From an uncultured Eubacteriales bacterium (GTDB lineage: Bacteria; Bacillota; Clostridia; Christensenellales; Aristaeellaceae), in contig CACYWL010000018.1 of NCBI GenBank assembly GCA_902778055.1, forward strand, positions 1,668 to 65,667: 64,000 nucleotides of DNA, given 5' to 3'. This document shows, one piece after another, positions 1-11,217 of this stretch. Position numbers and translations under genes: made by a program. The notes beneath the pieces are model-generated. The model was given only the letters and a program-made list of their open reading frames with translations, was not told the origin of the DNA and searched no databases. Each line of letters starts with the position of its first letter. Position 1 is the stretch's first letter.

Positions 1-194
1 ATGCCCTTCAGCCCGGCCACAATTTTCTCCGCGTCCTCCCGCGGAATGATTCCCTGCTCACCCAGCATGGTCGCATGGGCGATGGAGCCCTGAATATCCT
101 GCTCAAAAAGGCGCTGGTCAAAGGAAATGCTGGAATGAAAATCATCCACCAGCGCGTCCGTGGCCTTGCCGAACCGTCCTGCCCAAAGCTTCAT
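1..194 (-). CDS. argH: argininosuccinate lyase, N-terminal fragment (gene runs off the left edge)
   Basis: The reverse complement of 1..194 translates to [64 protein letters not shown]. This is the canonical ArgH N-terminus (W-G/A-GRF, SIxFD, GSIAHAxML). Confidence 0.85.
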   Translation of the reverse strand, partial: MKLWAGRFGKATDALVDDFHSSISFDQRLFEQDIQGSIAHATMLGEQGIIPREDAEKIVAGLKG

Positions 195-224
195 GTATCC
201 GTCGGTCCTTTCCCTGTATTCAGC

Positions 225-1871
225 TCAGTTCTTTTCCAGCGTGCAGCCGCCGATGAATTCCCGCAGCAGGCTCAGCGGCGGAATCTCGTCCAGCAGCTCC
301 TTCTCCACGTCCGGCAGATAGTTCAGCGTCTTGATCAGCCGCCGGGCCAGCAGATAGTTGGGGGAAGATTCCGGAATCTCCCGGAGCATTTCGTACACAT
401 AGCCCTTCAGCACCGGAAGCTCGTAGTGCAGCGCAGTGTTGAACATGCTGTCGGCATTCTCCTGATAGGGGAAAATCCACTTTTCCTCGCCCCTGCGGAC
501 GCTTCCCCACATGGACAGGGTTTCCTCCGGGTCGGTGCCGCGGAACAGATAGTCCCGAACCACCCGTCTGAGCAGCCGGACATCCGTGGTGCGGATGCGG
601 TTGTGATCGTCCAGGTTCAGGCAGGTCAGCGCGGACACAAAGACCCGATAGACCTCCTCCGGCGGGAACAGGGAGGAAATATCGGGATTCAGCCCATGAA
701 TGCCCTCCAGAATCAGCACCTCGTCGGGCCGCAGGGTGACCGTCTGAGCGGCCTCCACCCGCTTTCCCCTGGCGAAGTCGAAGGCCGGCATCTCCACCGT
801 CTCCCCGCTCAGCAGCGCATTGATCTTTTCCGCCATCAGGGCAAAGTCCACGGCCTCGGGGGACTCCAGATCCGTGATTCCATCCTCCCCGGGAAGAATC
901 TGATCCCGGTCGAAGTAGAAGTCATCCATCGAAATCCGCCTTGCGGGATGACCCTGCACCTGAAGATGAACGGCCAGCCGGCCGGCGAAGGTGGTCTTTC
1001 CGCTGCAGGAGGGCCCCGCCACCAGCACGATATGCTTGTACTCCCTGCTGATCCGGGCCGCGATCTCGCTGAGCGCGCCCTCATGCAGGGCCTCGTTCAC
1101 GCGGATAAAGTTCCGGAGCCTGTGCTGATCTATCATCGCAGAAACATCCGTCACGTTCCGGATTCCCAGGATATCGCACCACCGGGCGCTCTGCTGGAAG
1201 ATCGCCAGATGCTTCGGCCGGTACAGGTAGGGCGCCGCGTGGTCATGATCCGCGCCCGCCGGCAGCTGAAGCACGAAGCCGCCCCGAAGTTCAAACAGGG
1301 TGAACACCTTCACGTATCCCGTGGAAGGGGTCATGGCGCCGTAGAAGTATTCCCACATGCCGTCAATGGAATACATCGTGAAGTACGGAAGCCGGCGGCG
1401 CTCCAGCAGCTCGACCTTATCGGGCTGCTGCTCCTCCGCAAAGTAGTCGATGGCTTCCTCCAGGGTCCACCGTTTCTTTTCGAAGGGGAGATCCTGCGAG
1501 ATGATGCGCCGCATCTCGTTTTCGATCCGGACGATGTCCTGGCGGTGCAGCATCCGCCCGGGCAGCCGGACGAACACGCCGTATCCTACGGAATACTCGA
1601 TGCGCACCTGCTCGTAGGGAAAAAGGTGCTTCAGCGTCAGCAGCATCACGAAGCGCAGGGAGCGCTCATAGATGCGCCGGCCCTCCTCATGATCGAGGGT
1701 CAGCGGGGTGATCCCGCAGTCCTCCCGGATCGGCTCTCCCAGCTCCACGGCCATGCCGCCCTTCAGCGCGGCCAGCGTCCCGGCGGGAAAGGCATCCAGC
1801 GCCTTCAGGCAATCCTGTACGCTCGTTCCCTGCGGCAGTTCGGCTTCCCTGGTTCCGTAATGAATCCTCAT
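225..1871 (-). CDS. TGS/ThrRS-like N-terminal domains fused to a P-loop uridine/nucleoside kinase
   Basis: Track ORF 225..2087 trimmed to Met73 (MRIHYGTREAELPQG...). That ATG overlaps the stop of the upstream exonuclease gene (ATGA at 1868-1871). Walker A is GPSCSGKTT, followed by a uridine-kinase/PRK-type core (LILEGIHGLNP, RLLRRVVRDY). Confidence 0.8.
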   Translation of the reverse strand: MRIHYGTREAELPQGTSVQDCLKALDAFPAGTLAALKGGMAVELGEPIREDCGITPLTLDHEEGRRIYERSLRFVMLLTLKHLFPYEQVRIEYSVGYGVFVRLPGRMLHRQDIVRIENEMRRIISQDLPFEKKRWTLEEAIDYFAEEQQPDKVELLERRRLPYFTMYSIDGMWEYFYGAMTPSTGYVKVFTLFELRGGFVLQLPAGADHDHAAPYLYRPKHLAIFQQSARWCDILGIRNVTDVSAMIDQHRLRNFIRVNEALHEGALSEIAARISREYKHIVLVAGPSCSGKTTFAGRLAVHLQVQGHPARRISMDDFYFDRDQILPGEDGITDLESPEAVDFALMAEKINALLSGETVEMPAFDFARGKRVEAAQTVTLRPDEVLILEGIHGLNPDISSLFPPEEVYRVFVSALTCLNLDDHNRIRTTDVRLLRRVVRDYLFRGTDPEETLSMWGSVRRGEEKWIFPYQENADSMFNTALHYELPVLKGYVYEMLREIPESSPNYLLARRLIKTLNYLPDVEKELLDEIPPLSLLREFIGGCTLEKN

Positions 1872-2854
1872 GAAGCAGCCTCCTTCTGTTTGGTCGGTTG
1901 TTCCTCTGCTGTGCCGGGATCCGCCGCCTGCTGCGCCTGCCTCTGCTGCGCCTGGAACTGTTTGGTATGTACGTAGGCGATATGGGCATGATTCGCGGGC
2001 GCCACGGAGCAGCGCATCAGCAGCTGCCCCTCCTCCCCGTCCGCGCGCAGCGCCAGCCGGAGGAGCATCCTTCCGTGGTTTCGGCATTTCCCGATCGAGA
2101 TATATTTATCCGGGCTCTGCAGTACATATTCGCCGTCCAGCGCCAGAATCCTGCCGCAGCGGGGACAGGCCGGCTTCTGCGCGGCCTCGCTCTCCAGCGC
2201 CGCCTGAACCGAGGGAAAAGCGAGCGCAGCGGATCTGGCCCGGCTCTTCCGCGGCTTGTGAATCAGGGATCTGGGCGCCTGCACATGCTCCAGCGCCGCG
2301 GACGGATCCGGCAGGGTCTGAAAGACCAGCGCCGTATACCAGGCGTCGTTTTTCGCATTGTGGAAAGCCATGCTTTCGTCCGGCTCGATCCGCATCATTT
2401 CCATGGCCTTCTTCAGGGAAGGCCGGTCCTTCAGCTGATGCACCTGGGCGAACAGCTTCTGAATGTCGCACAGCGGAGCCAGGGGAATATCCCCGCATTC
2501 AAAAAAGTCAATGTTCTGCTGCAGCACGGAAACGTCATCGCATCCCCAGGTCAGCAGCACATAGTCCTCCCCGCACCAGGCCGCGAACTGCTCCAGTGCC
2601 TCCCGGAAAGCCGGCGCCCCGGCCAGCTCCTCCGGTCCCAGCCCGGTCATCCGGCGGATCCGGGGATGAATCTGAATATAATGGGTCGGAGCGATCGGCA
2701 GGGAGAGCGCCTCTGCAATCTGCAGGCTGTCATCCAGTTTCACCGCGCCGATCTGGATCATTTCAAAAATCAGTCTGTCTCCCACCTGCCTGTAGGCGGA
2801 ACTCTGCCAGGACAGCGGCTGGTTCCACTCCAGGTCCAGGACAATATAGTGCAT
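1868..2854 (-). CDS. DEDDh-type 3'-5' exonuclease domain protein (DnaQ/KapD-like) with a C-terminal zinc-ribbon-like segment
   Basis: MHYIVLDLEWNQP carries exo motif I (D-x-E), LTWGCDDV is motif II, and HNAKNDAWYTA is motif III (H-x4-D). A CPRCG...C..H segment and a Q/A-rich tail follow. The stop is coupled to the downstream kinase gene. Confidence 0.75.
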   Translation of the reverse strand: MHYIVLDLEWNQPLSWQSSAYRQVGDRLIFEMIQIGAVKLDDSLQIAEALSLPIAPTHYIQIHPRIRRMTGLGPEELAGAPAFREALEQFAAWCGEDYVLLTWGCDDVSVLQQNIDFFECGDIPLAPLCDIQKLFAQVHQLKDRPSLKKAMEMMRIEPDESMAFHNAKNDAWYTALVFQTLPDPSAALEHVQAPRSLIHKPRKSRARSAALAFPSVQAALESEAAQKPACPRCGRILALDGEYVLQSPDKYISIGKCRNHGRMLLRLALRADGEEGQLLMRCSVAPANHAHIAYVHTKQFQAQQRQAQQAADPGTAEEQPTKQKEAAS

Positions 2855-2921
2855 CGAAGTTTCATTCTCCTTTGATGATCAATTCCTTCAGGCCTCGCGG
2901 CTTTCCCGCGTCTCCCGGGCC

Positions 2922-2950
2922 AGTATACGGGAGCGCCGCTTTTTTTGCAA
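2922..2950 (-). promoter_or_regulatory. sigma-70-type promoter of the exonuclease-kinase-argH operon
   Basis: The minus strand reads TTGCAA, a 17-nt spacer, then TATACT, preceded by an A-tract. It lies about 65 nt upstream of the exonuclease ATG, which has an AAAGGAG SD. Confidence 0.5.
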
Positions 2951-2959
2951 GCATTCCGC

Positions 2960-4204
2960 TCAGTTCCCGGCCGCGCCTGCTCCGGCCAGCGCCCCCGTCG
3001 AAAACGCAATCTGCAGGTTGTAGCCTCCCGTATGGGCATCCACGTCCAGGATCTCTCCCGCAAAATACAGTCCCCGGATCAGCCGGCTCTCCATCGTTCC
3101 GGGATCCACCTCCTTCACGCAGACACCGCCCCGGGTGACCACCGCCTCCTCCGCGGGCCGGGTCCCGGAGATTCTCAGCGGCAGATGCTTCAGGCTCCTC
3201 AGCAGGCTTTCCCGCTGGGCCCCGGTAACCTGGCTGCACAGAAGGTCCTCCGGCCATCCGCACAGGGCGGGGAAAACCTCCGCCAGGCTGGCGGGCATCA
3301 GCGTCTGCAGGATGTTTCTGGCCTGCTTCCGGCCCCCGTTTTTCAGCTCCCTGCAAAGCCTGGCGTCCAGCTGGTCCGGTGTCAGCCCCGGCTTCAGGTC
3401 CAGCTCCAGCTCCGCCTTTCCTCCGTCCTCCGGCAGATGGCAGCTGGCCTCCAGGATCAGCGGGCCGGAAAAGCCGAAATGCGTGAACAGCATCTCTCCC
3501 AGCTCGGTATACAGCGTCTTTTTTCCGCAGCGCATCGTCAGCCGTACGTTTTTCAGGCTCAGCCCCTGCAGCGCCGCCGGCCAGGCCTCCGCGGCACACA
3601 GTCCGATCAGGCTCGGGCGCAGCGGAATCAGGGTATGCCCCGCCTCCTCCGCCATGCGGTATCCGTCCCCGGTGGAGCCTGTGGCGGGATAGCTGATTCC
3701 CCCGGTGGCCAGGATCACCGCGTCCCCGCGGAGCTCCGTCCCGTCCGCGAGTACAATTCCGGATGCCCTCCGCTGCCCCGCTGCCCCCGTCTCCGTCCGC
3801 AGGCTCCTCACCTCCCGGTGATACAGGAAGCGCACGCCCTGCCTTTCGCAGAGGCTGAGCAGCGTCCGGGTAACGTCGCTGGCCTTCATGGAGGCCGGAT
3901 AGGCCCGTCTTCCCCTCTGCACCTCCACAGGGCATCTGTTTTCCTCCAGAAGGGCGATCATGTCCTGGGGGGAGAAATGGCTCAGGGCGCTGTAAAGGAA
4001 GCGGGGATTTCTGGGCACCTCCCGCAGAAATTCCTCCATCGTGCAGTCGTTCGTCACATTGCAGCGGCCTTTTCCGGTGATGTAGATTTTCTTTCCCGCC
4101 TTTTCGCCGTGCTCCAGCACGGTAACCTTCGCGCCGTACCGGCTTGCGAAAACAGCCGCCATCAGACCGGCCGCTCCGGCCCCCACAATCAGTATTTCCG
4201 CCAT
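2960..4204 (-). CDS. HI0933/YhiN-family (BaiN-like) FAD-dependent flavoprotein
   Basis: MAEILIVGAGAAGLMAAVFA is a GxGxxG dinucleotide fold. KIYITGKGRCNVTN and the C-terminal GGYNLQ..FSTG are typical of the HI0933-like family. Confidence 0.8.
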   Translation of the reverse strand: MAEILIVGAGAAGLMAAVFASRYGAKVTVLEHGEKAGKKIYITGKGRCNVTNDCTMEEFLREVPRNPRFLYSALSHFSPQDMIALLEENRCPVEVQRGRRAYPASMKASDVTRTLLSLCERQGVRFLYHREVRSLRTETGAAGQRRASGIVLADGTELRGDAVILATGGISYPATGSTGDGYRMAEEAGHTLIPLRPSLIGLCAAEAWPAALQGLSLKNVRLTMRCGKKTLYTELGEMLFTHFGFSGPLILEASCHLPEDGGKAELELDLKPGLTPDQLDARLCRELKNGGRKQARNILQTLMPASLAEVFPALCGWPEDLLCSQVTGAQRESLLRSLKHLPLRISGTRPAEEAVVTRGGVCVKEVDPGTMESRLIRGLYFAGEILDVDAHTGGYNLQIAFSTGALAGAGAAGN

Positions 4205-4302
4205 GTTTCCTTTCCCGCCTTCTCCCGGAGCCGCTCCGGTTCCTTCAAAAGAACCCGGAGCAGGCCTCCCTGCGTCCGGGTTCCTTCCGTTCTTCCTTCA
4301 GA

Positions 4303-6726
4303 TTATTTCACGACAATATTCACGATCCGGCCCTTGACATAAATCTCCCGGATCACGGTTTTTCCGCTCATGGCCGTCTGCACGTTCTTCATGGCGTGCG
4401 CCTTCTCCAGCACGGAATCCTGCTCCTCGTCCACGGCGATTTCCACGGTGGCCCGAACCTTTCCGTTCACCTGCACGGGAATCTGGATCGTATCCTCCCG
4501 GATCTTGTCCTCCTCCCAGGCCGGCCAGGGCTCCCGCGCCAGGCTTTCCCCATGGCCGAAAATCTCCCAGATTTCCTCGCCCAGATGCGGGCAGATGCAG
4601 GAAAGCATCTTTACAAAGCTCTCCGCGTAGGCCTTCGGACAGCTGCCTTTCTTGTAGCAGGCATTGACGAAGATCATCATCTGGCTGATCGCGGTATTGA
4701 AGCCGAGGTTCTCGAAATCCTGCGTGACCTTTTTCACCGTCTGGTGGTACACCCGGTCCAGCTCGCCGTCCGACTCCGCCGTCAGGTTCTCCTCCTTCGT
4801 GAAGAAGGTCCAGACCCGGTTCAGGAAGCGCCTCGCGCCTTCGACCCCCTGGGGGCTCCAGGGCTTGGAAACCTCCAGCGGACCCATGAACATTTCATAC
4901 AGCCGCAGGGTATCCGCACCGTAATCCCGGACGATATCGCTGGGGTTGACCACATACTGGGGGAAGCGCTTTCCCATCTTGATGCCGTTCTCGCCCAGGA
5001 TCATTCCCTGGTGAACCAGCTTCCGGAAAGGCTCTTCCACCGGGCTGATTCCCTTGTCATACAGGTAGCGGTTCCAGATCCGGCTGTACATCAGATGCCC
5101 CACCGCGTGCTCCGGTCCGCCGATGTACAGGTCCACCGGCAGCCAGTGCTTCAGCAGCTCCGGATCCGCGATGGCCTGGCTGTTGTGCGGGTCGATGTAC
5201 CGCATGTAATACCAGCTGGATCCCGCGGAACCGGGCATGGTGGAGGTTTCCCGGGTTCCCTTCACGCCGTTGCGGTCATATTTTTTCCATTCCTCCGCGT
5301 TTTCCAGGGGGGCCTTTCCGTTTTTGCTTTTGTAATCCTCCAGCTCCGGAAGCTCCAGCGGCAGCTCCTCATCCGGGAGAACATACAGCCCGCCGTCCTC
5401 CGTATGCACGATCGGCACGGGCTCTCCCCAGTAGCGCTGACGGGCGAAGATCCACTCGCGGAAATGATAGTTCACCGTCCGCTTCGCCACACCCATTTTT
5501 TCGAGCTTGCAGGTAATGGCCTCCTTGGCCTCCTCGGCGGTCAGTCCGTCAAACTCCCCGGAGTTGATCAGCCTGCAGCCCTTTCCGAGATAGTCTTGCT
5601 TCTCAAAGGCGCGCTCGGAACAGTCCCTTCCGGAGATGACCTGAATCATGGGAATCCCGTGGGCCTGCGCGTACTCAAAGTCCCGCTGGTCATGGCTGGG
5701 CACGGCCATCACCGCGCCTGTGCCGTAGCTGGCCAGCACGAAATCGCCGATAAACAGCTCCGCTTCCCTTCCGTTCACGGGGTTGATGCACTTCACGCCC
5801 TCCAGGCGGCATCCGCTCTTGCCCCGGTTCAGTTCCGTCCGGTCCATATCGTTTTTCTTCCGGGTCTCCTCGATATAGGCCTTCACTTCCTCCTGGTTCC
5901 GGATCCTGGGCATCAGATCCTGCACCAGCTGTCCGTCCGGCGCCAGCACCATGAACGTAATGCCGTAAATGGTTTCGATGCAGGTGGTGAAGATGCTGAA
6001 CTCCCCGCCGCCCACGATCTGGAACCTGACCTCCACGCCCTCGGATTTGCCGATCCAGTGGCGCTGCATATCCTTGGTGCTCTCCGGCCAGTCAATCTTC
6101 TCCAGGCCCTCCAGCAGCTTCTCCGCGAAGGCCGGCTGATTGATGACCCACTGCTTCATGTTCTTCCGAACAACGGGATACCCGCCCCGTTCGCTTTTCC
6201 CGTCGATGACCTCGTCGTTGCTCAGCACGGTGCCCAGTTCCTCGCACCAGTTCACGGGCATATCGATATACTGGGCATACCCGTCCAGATACAGCTGCTT
6301 GAAGATCCACTGGGTCCATTTGTAGAATTCGGGATCGCTGGTCGCAATCATTTTGCTCCAGTCATAGTCAAACCCCAGCTCCCGCAGCTGCTTGCTGAAG
6401 GTCTCGATATTATGCTTCGTAAAGCCTTCCGGGTGGTTTCCCGTGGAGATGGCGTACTGCTCCGCCGGCAGCCCGAAGCTGTCATAGCCCATGGGATGCA
6501 GCACATTGTACCCCTGCATTCTTTTCATCCGGCTGACGATGTCCGTCGCGGTATAGCCCTCCGGATGCCCCGCATGCAGGCCCACGCCGCTGGGATAGGG
6601 GAACATGTCCAGCGCGTAGAATTTCGGCCTGGAAAAATCCCATACGTCCGTCCGGAAGGTCTGATGCTCCTCCCAGTAGCGCTGCCATTTGGGTTCAATG
6701 ACTCCGGGGTCATAATTACGTTCCAT
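4303..6726 (-). CDS. leuS: leucine--tRNA ligase
   Basis: 807 aa. N-terminus is MERNYDPGVIEPKWQRYWEE. PYPSGVGLHAGHPEGY is the HIGH-type motif and KMGKR is KMSKS-like. The CP1 editing domain is present. Confidence 0.95.
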   Translation of the reverse strand: MERNYDPGVIEPKWQRYWEEHQTFRTDVWDFSRPKFYALDMFPYPSGVGLHAGHPEGYTATDIVSRMKRMQGYNVLHPMGYDSFGLPAEQYAISTGNHPEGFTKHNIETFSKQLRELGFDYDWSKMIATSDPEFYKWTQWIFKQLYLDGYAQYIDMPVNWCEELGTVLSNDEVIDGKSERGGYPVVRKNMKQWVINQPAFAEKLLEGLEKIDWPESTKDMQRHWIGKSEGVEVRFQIVGGGEFSIFTTCIETIYGITFMVLAPDGQLVQDLMPRIRNQEEVKAYIEETRKKNDMDRTELNRGKSGCRLEGVKCINPVNGREAELFIGDFVLASYGTGAVMAVPSHDQRDFEYAQAHGIPMIQVISGRDCSERAFEKQDYLGKGCRLINSGEFDGLTAEEAKEAITCKLEKMGVAKRTVNYHFREWIFARQRYWGEPVPIVHTEDGGLYVLPDEELPLELPELEDYKSKNGKAPLENAEEWKKYDRNGVKGTRETSTMPGSAGSSWYYMRYIDPHNSQAIADPELLKHWLPVDLYIGGPEHAVGHLMYSRIWNRYLYDKGISPVEEPFRKLVHQGMILGENGIKMGKRFPQYVVNPSDIVRDYGADTLRLYEMFMGPLEVSKPWSPQGVEGARRFLNRVWTFFTKEENLTAESDGELDRVYHQTVKKVTQDFENLGFNTAISQMMIFVNACYKKGSCPKAYAESFVKMLSCICPHLGEEIWEIFGHGESLAREPWPAWEEDKIREDTIQIPVQVNGKVRATVEIAVDEEQDSVLEKAHAMKNVQTAMSGKTVIREIYVKGRIVNIVVK

Positions 6727-6763
6727 CCTGACTCACCCGATCCTTTCCGAAAACAATGGCACG

Positions 6764-6772
6764 AGTATAGCA
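6764..6772 (-). promoter_or_regulatory. possible extended -10 element (TGcTATACT) for leuS
   Basis: The minus strand reads gTGcTATACT about 35 nt upstream of the leuS ATG, inside the 72-nt spacer after the phosphatase gene. There is no good -35 hexamer. Confidence 0.3.
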
Positions 6773-6798
6773 CGATCCGTGCAAATAGAAAAGCATTT

Positions 6799-8901
6799 TT
6801 ACGCCCCGCGGTATGAAAAGCCGAGCATCGTGATATCGTCGAACTGCTCCGCCCGGCCCGCAAAGGCCTCCACATCCCGGAGCACCGCCCGGAGCGTCTC
6901 CTCCTCGGAAGCGTCCTTCAGCCCGTTCAGCGCGTCCGTAAGCCGCTCCAGTCCGTAGGCCTCCTCCGTTTCGCTGATCGCCTCCGGGATGCCGTCGGTA
7001 TAGACAAACAGCCGGTCTCCCGGGTTCAGATCCATCTCGTACTCCTTCACGGGCACCCCCTCCAGGACCGCCAGTGCCATGCCGTGCGGATCCCTGAAAA
7101 CCTCATAGTTTCCGCCGGCGCGCAGGAGAATCGGGTATTCGTGGCCGGCATTGGCGCAGCGCATCTTTCCGGTCCGCAGATCGATGATTCCCAGCCACAC
7201 GGTCACAAACATTTCGGCTTCGTTTCCCTCGCACAGCGTATCATTCACCCTGGAGAGGATCTGCTTCGGCGACAGGCCGGAACGGGCCGCATTTTTGATC
7301 GTCGTTTTGGACTGCATCATGAACATGGCGCCCGGTACGCTCTTGCCGGATACATCCGCGATGACCAGAGCCATTCTGTCGATATCCAGGAAGAAGAAGT
7401 CATAGAAATCCCCGCCCACTTCCCGGGCCGGATCCATCAGGGCATAGATTTCGAATTCGCTGCGGGGAAAGCTGAAGTTTTTCGGCAGGGCGGACTCCTG
7501 GATCGCGGATGCCAGTTTCAGATCCTTCTCCATTCTCCGCTCCGCCTCGTCGATGTATCCCTTCAGCGCGTCCACGGTCCGGTTGATATCATCCGACAGT
7601 TCGGCAAACTCCAGGGAGGTTCGCACGGAGACCTTTTCCTCCAGATCGCCGGCGGTGATTCTGGCCAGGGATCGGTTCACTTCCCTCAGCTTCTGCACGA
7701 CGATTTTTTCCACCATCAGGGAGATCAGCAGGTAGAGCGTGCTGAAAATCAGGATGTTGGAGAAGATCATATCGTAGATCATGAACTCTCCGCTGGTGCG
7801 GGCCAGGGCGGCGTAGCTCCAGCAGATCAGACAGTACCTGTCCGTCAGCGGAGTACAGACAAAAACGGCTTCCTCGTCTCCCGTCCACTTCAGGCGGCCG
7901 GTAAACGCATCCCGGCCCCGGCGGGCAAGCAGAAAATCCAGTTCCTCCTGCTTCAGCCTGATCTCTTCGGATTCCCCGCCGACGGGCCGGAGGAGCAGGG
8001 AGTCTTCCGTATCCAGCAGCAGAGTGGCGGAATCATACTCCCCGGAGACCAGGCTCTGGTTATTCAGCACCGCTTTCATCGCCTCGATATCGTTTCCCAG
8101 ATCCCGGAAATAATACTTCAGCTCTTCCGTTTTGTTTTCCAGCTCCCGCTTCTGTCTCTGTGCGGAAAGCTGGAGCTGGCTCCCGTAGCCGACCAGTACG
8201 CTGAGGACAAAGAGAATGACCGTCACCGTCAGGAGGCCCCGGCGGAAATGGGCAAACACCGGCGTCCTTTCCTCCGGCTGCAGCGCGCTCTTCCCCGGCC
8301 GGTCATGGGACCGCCGCTGAACCGCCAGCACGCAGAGGGCCACGCCCAGCGCGGTGAATACGATCATCGGAATGGAGCAGACCTGAACCACATAATAGGC
8401 CATGTCAAACGAATCACGGTTCGTCAGCAGCACGGCATACATATGGAAAACCTCCATGGTGGCCCCGGTCATAAAGGCCTGCGCGGGGAGCGGTGTTTTC
8501 CTTTCGTAAACCCAGAGATGCATCGCGGCCGCCAGAAAACCCGCCAGCGCCGTGGACAGCCCGCACGCGACCCGGGTGAAGGAGCCGATCTGCCAGAACT
8601 CCCCGATCAGGTAGCGCTCCACGCCTCCGATCAGCCCCGCCAGAATGCCGGAGAGCGGATCGAAGAGGAGCCCGGCGGCCAGCGGGCCGATATCCCGGAC
8701 ATTGAGCATCATCAGGCCGTACTCGATGCCCAGATGATTCGAGGCAATGCAGCACAGCCCGAAAAACACGCCTGCCGCGACCCTGAGCGGAAGAGTTTTC
8801 TCCCTCTTCTGCCAGAAGCGCCAGGCCAGCGCCGTTGCCGCGACGTACATCGCCACGGCGGCGCTCATTTTCAGAATCATTACCAGGGTCTCCGTGTCCA
8901 T
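6799..8901 (-). CDS. membrane sensor phosphatase: LytS/YhcK-type 5TM receptor domain, HAMP, PP2C/SpoIIE phosphatase
   Basis: Track ORF 6799..8949 trimmed to Met17 (MDTETLVMILK), which has an AAGGAGAG SD. It has about 6 N-terminal TM helices and a HAMP-like segment (LARITAGDLEEKV). The PP2C motifs are GGDFYDF, DVSGKSVPGA and YTDGIPEA. Confidence 0.8.
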   Translation of the reverse strand: MDTETLVMILKMSAAVAMYVAATALAWRFWQKREKTLPLRVAAGVFFGLCCIASNHLGIEYGLMMLNVRDIGPLAAGLLFDPLSGILAGLIGGVERYLIGEFWQIGSFTRVACGLSTALAGFLAAAMHLWVYERKTPLPAQAFMTGATMEVFHMYAVLLTNRDSFDMAYYVVQVCSIPMIVFTALGVALCVLAVQRRSHDRPGKSALQPEERTPVFAHFRRGLLTVTVILFVLSVLVGYGSQLQLSAQRQKRELENKTEELKYYFRDLGNDIEAMKAVLNNQSLVSGEYDSATLLLDTEDSLLLRPVGGESEEIRLKQEELDFLLARRGRDAFTGRLKWTGDEEAVFVCTPLTDRYCLICWSYAALARTSGEFMIYDMIFSNILIFSTLYLLISLMVEKIVVQKLREVNRSLARITAGDLEEKVSVRTSLEFAELSDDINRTVDALKGYIDEAERRMEKDLKLASAIQESALPKNFSFPRSEFEIYALMDPAREVGGDFYDFFFLDIDRMALVIADVSGKSVPGAMFMMQSKTTIKNAARSGLSPKQILSRVNDTLCEGNEAEMFVTVWLGIIDLRTGKMRCANAGHEYPILLRAGGNYEVFRDPHGMALAVLEGVPVKEYEMDLNPGDRLFVYTDGIPEAISETEEAYGLERLTDALNGLKDASEEETLRAVLRDVEAFAGRAEQFDDITMLGFSYRGA

Positions 8902-8938
8902 GAGCCGCCTCTCCTTTGTCCGCGCCGTTCCTACGGGA

Positions 8939-9583
8939 TCAGAAGACAAACAGGTAGATTCCGATCCAGTGGGCCAGCGCGCCGAACAGCACGAAAAAAT
9001 GCCAGATGAAATGCGCGCCCCTGGTTTTTTTCGCGAAGGGTATAATTCCCAGGGTATAAATCACGCCGCCTCCCAGGGTGGCATACAGCAGCGGACGGTT
9101 CGTCCGGAACATCCCGGGCAGAAAGCACAGTCCGCTCCATCCCAGCACGATGTACAGCGTCATATGCAGGGCCTTCAGGCGCCCCGGACCGAAAACGGAA
9201 ACCAGCGTAATGCCTGTCACAATGATCACCCACTGGGCAATGCACAGCGCGATCCCAGCCGTATTTCCCCAGTAAACCAGCCACAGCGGCGTAAAGGTCC
9301 CGCCGATGAGCAGATAGATGGACAGATAGTCAAACCTTCTCCACAGTCGCTTCACCCGGCTGCCCCAGCGGAAGGAATGGTACAGGCAGCTCATCAGGAA
9401 GAGCAGGAAGAGGCAGGCCCCGTACACCGCCGCGGAGAAGACCTTCATCCCCGTGTCGGCCTTCAGCAGAAGGAGCACCGTACCCGCCGCGCTGGCCAGG
9501 GCGCCCACCCCGTGAACCACGGCGTTCCCGACCTCCTCGAGAACGGTTCTCCGGGGCGGTTCGTTCGCTGCGATCCTTTTCAT
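8939..9583 (-). CDS. hemolysin III / PAQR family membrane protein
   Basis: 214 aa with 7 predicted TM helices. Motifs are EEVGNAVVHGVG, SCLYHSF and HFIWHFFVL, typical of the YplQ/TrhA family. Confidence 0.8.
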   Translation of the reverse strand: MKRIAANEPPRRTVLEEVGNAVVHGVGALASAAGTVLLLLKADTGMKVFSAAVYGACLFLLFLMSCLYHSFRWGSRVKRLWRRFDYLSIYLLIGGTFTPLWLVYWGNTAGIALCIAQWVIIVTGITLVSVFGPGRLKALHMTLYIVLGWSGLCFLPGMFRTNRPLLYATLGGGVIYTLGIIPFAKKTRGAHFIWHFFVLFGALAHWIGIYLFVF

Positions 9584-9656
9584 TGCATGCAGGCCTTTCT
9601 TCGATCAGACTGACCGGATTATACCCAATTTCCGGAGGAAAAGCAAACGGCCCCGG

Positions 9657-9691
9657 CATAAAACAGCCCCCCTCCTTGCAGAGGGGGGCGG
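9657..9691 (-). terminator. rho-independent terminator after gdhA
   Basis: The minus strand reads ccgcccccctct-gcaa-ggaggggggctg followed by TTTTAT, about 15 nt after the gdhA stop. Confidence 0.7.
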
Positions 9692-9705
9692 GGAATCCGG
9701 ATTCG

Positions 9706-11055
<1,350 letters not shown>

Positions 11056-11097
11056 TTACGCTTCTTTCCCAGGCGTCCTCCGCCTGCAACGGGGATT

Positions 11098-11126
11098 ATT
11101 ATGAAAAGCGAAGCCTCCAAAATCAA
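11098..11126 (-). promoter_or_regulatory. sigma-70-type promoter of gdhA
   Basis: The minus strand reads TTGATT, a 17-nt spacer, then CATAAT. A 5'UTR hairpin (caggcg-gagga-cgcctg) and a TAAGGAGG SD follow. Confidence 0.5.
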
Positions 11127-11217
11127 GCGTTTTTCTGTTCTTCCCGTGTTCTTTTGCGACCGGGGAGCGCGGTTTCCGCGGAAGGCCCGGGCGGGATTCC
11201 GGGAACGGAAATGCGGT

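Noticed and set aside
75-1976. A very long plus-strand ORF (633 aa) antisense to the kinase gene. The same type of ORF occurs at 4144..6816, 7084..9009, 9583..11397, 11040..13604, 18690..21404, 22216..23970, 36177..38534, 40629..42755, 46987..49158, 49226..51208 and 54505..55707.
   Set aside because: Their translations are R/P/G/H/Q-rich low-complexity strings with no recognisable motifs. Each lies exactly opposite a gene with strong family signatures. This is the expected stop-codon-poor antisense frame of a high-GC genome.
6727-6798. T-box riboswitch leaders upstream of leuS (6727-6798) and glyQS (54484-54549).
   Set aside because: The available leaders are only about 30-45 nt after the predicted promoters. 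There is no specifier-loop or T-box 14-mer-like sequence and no terminator/antiterminator pair.
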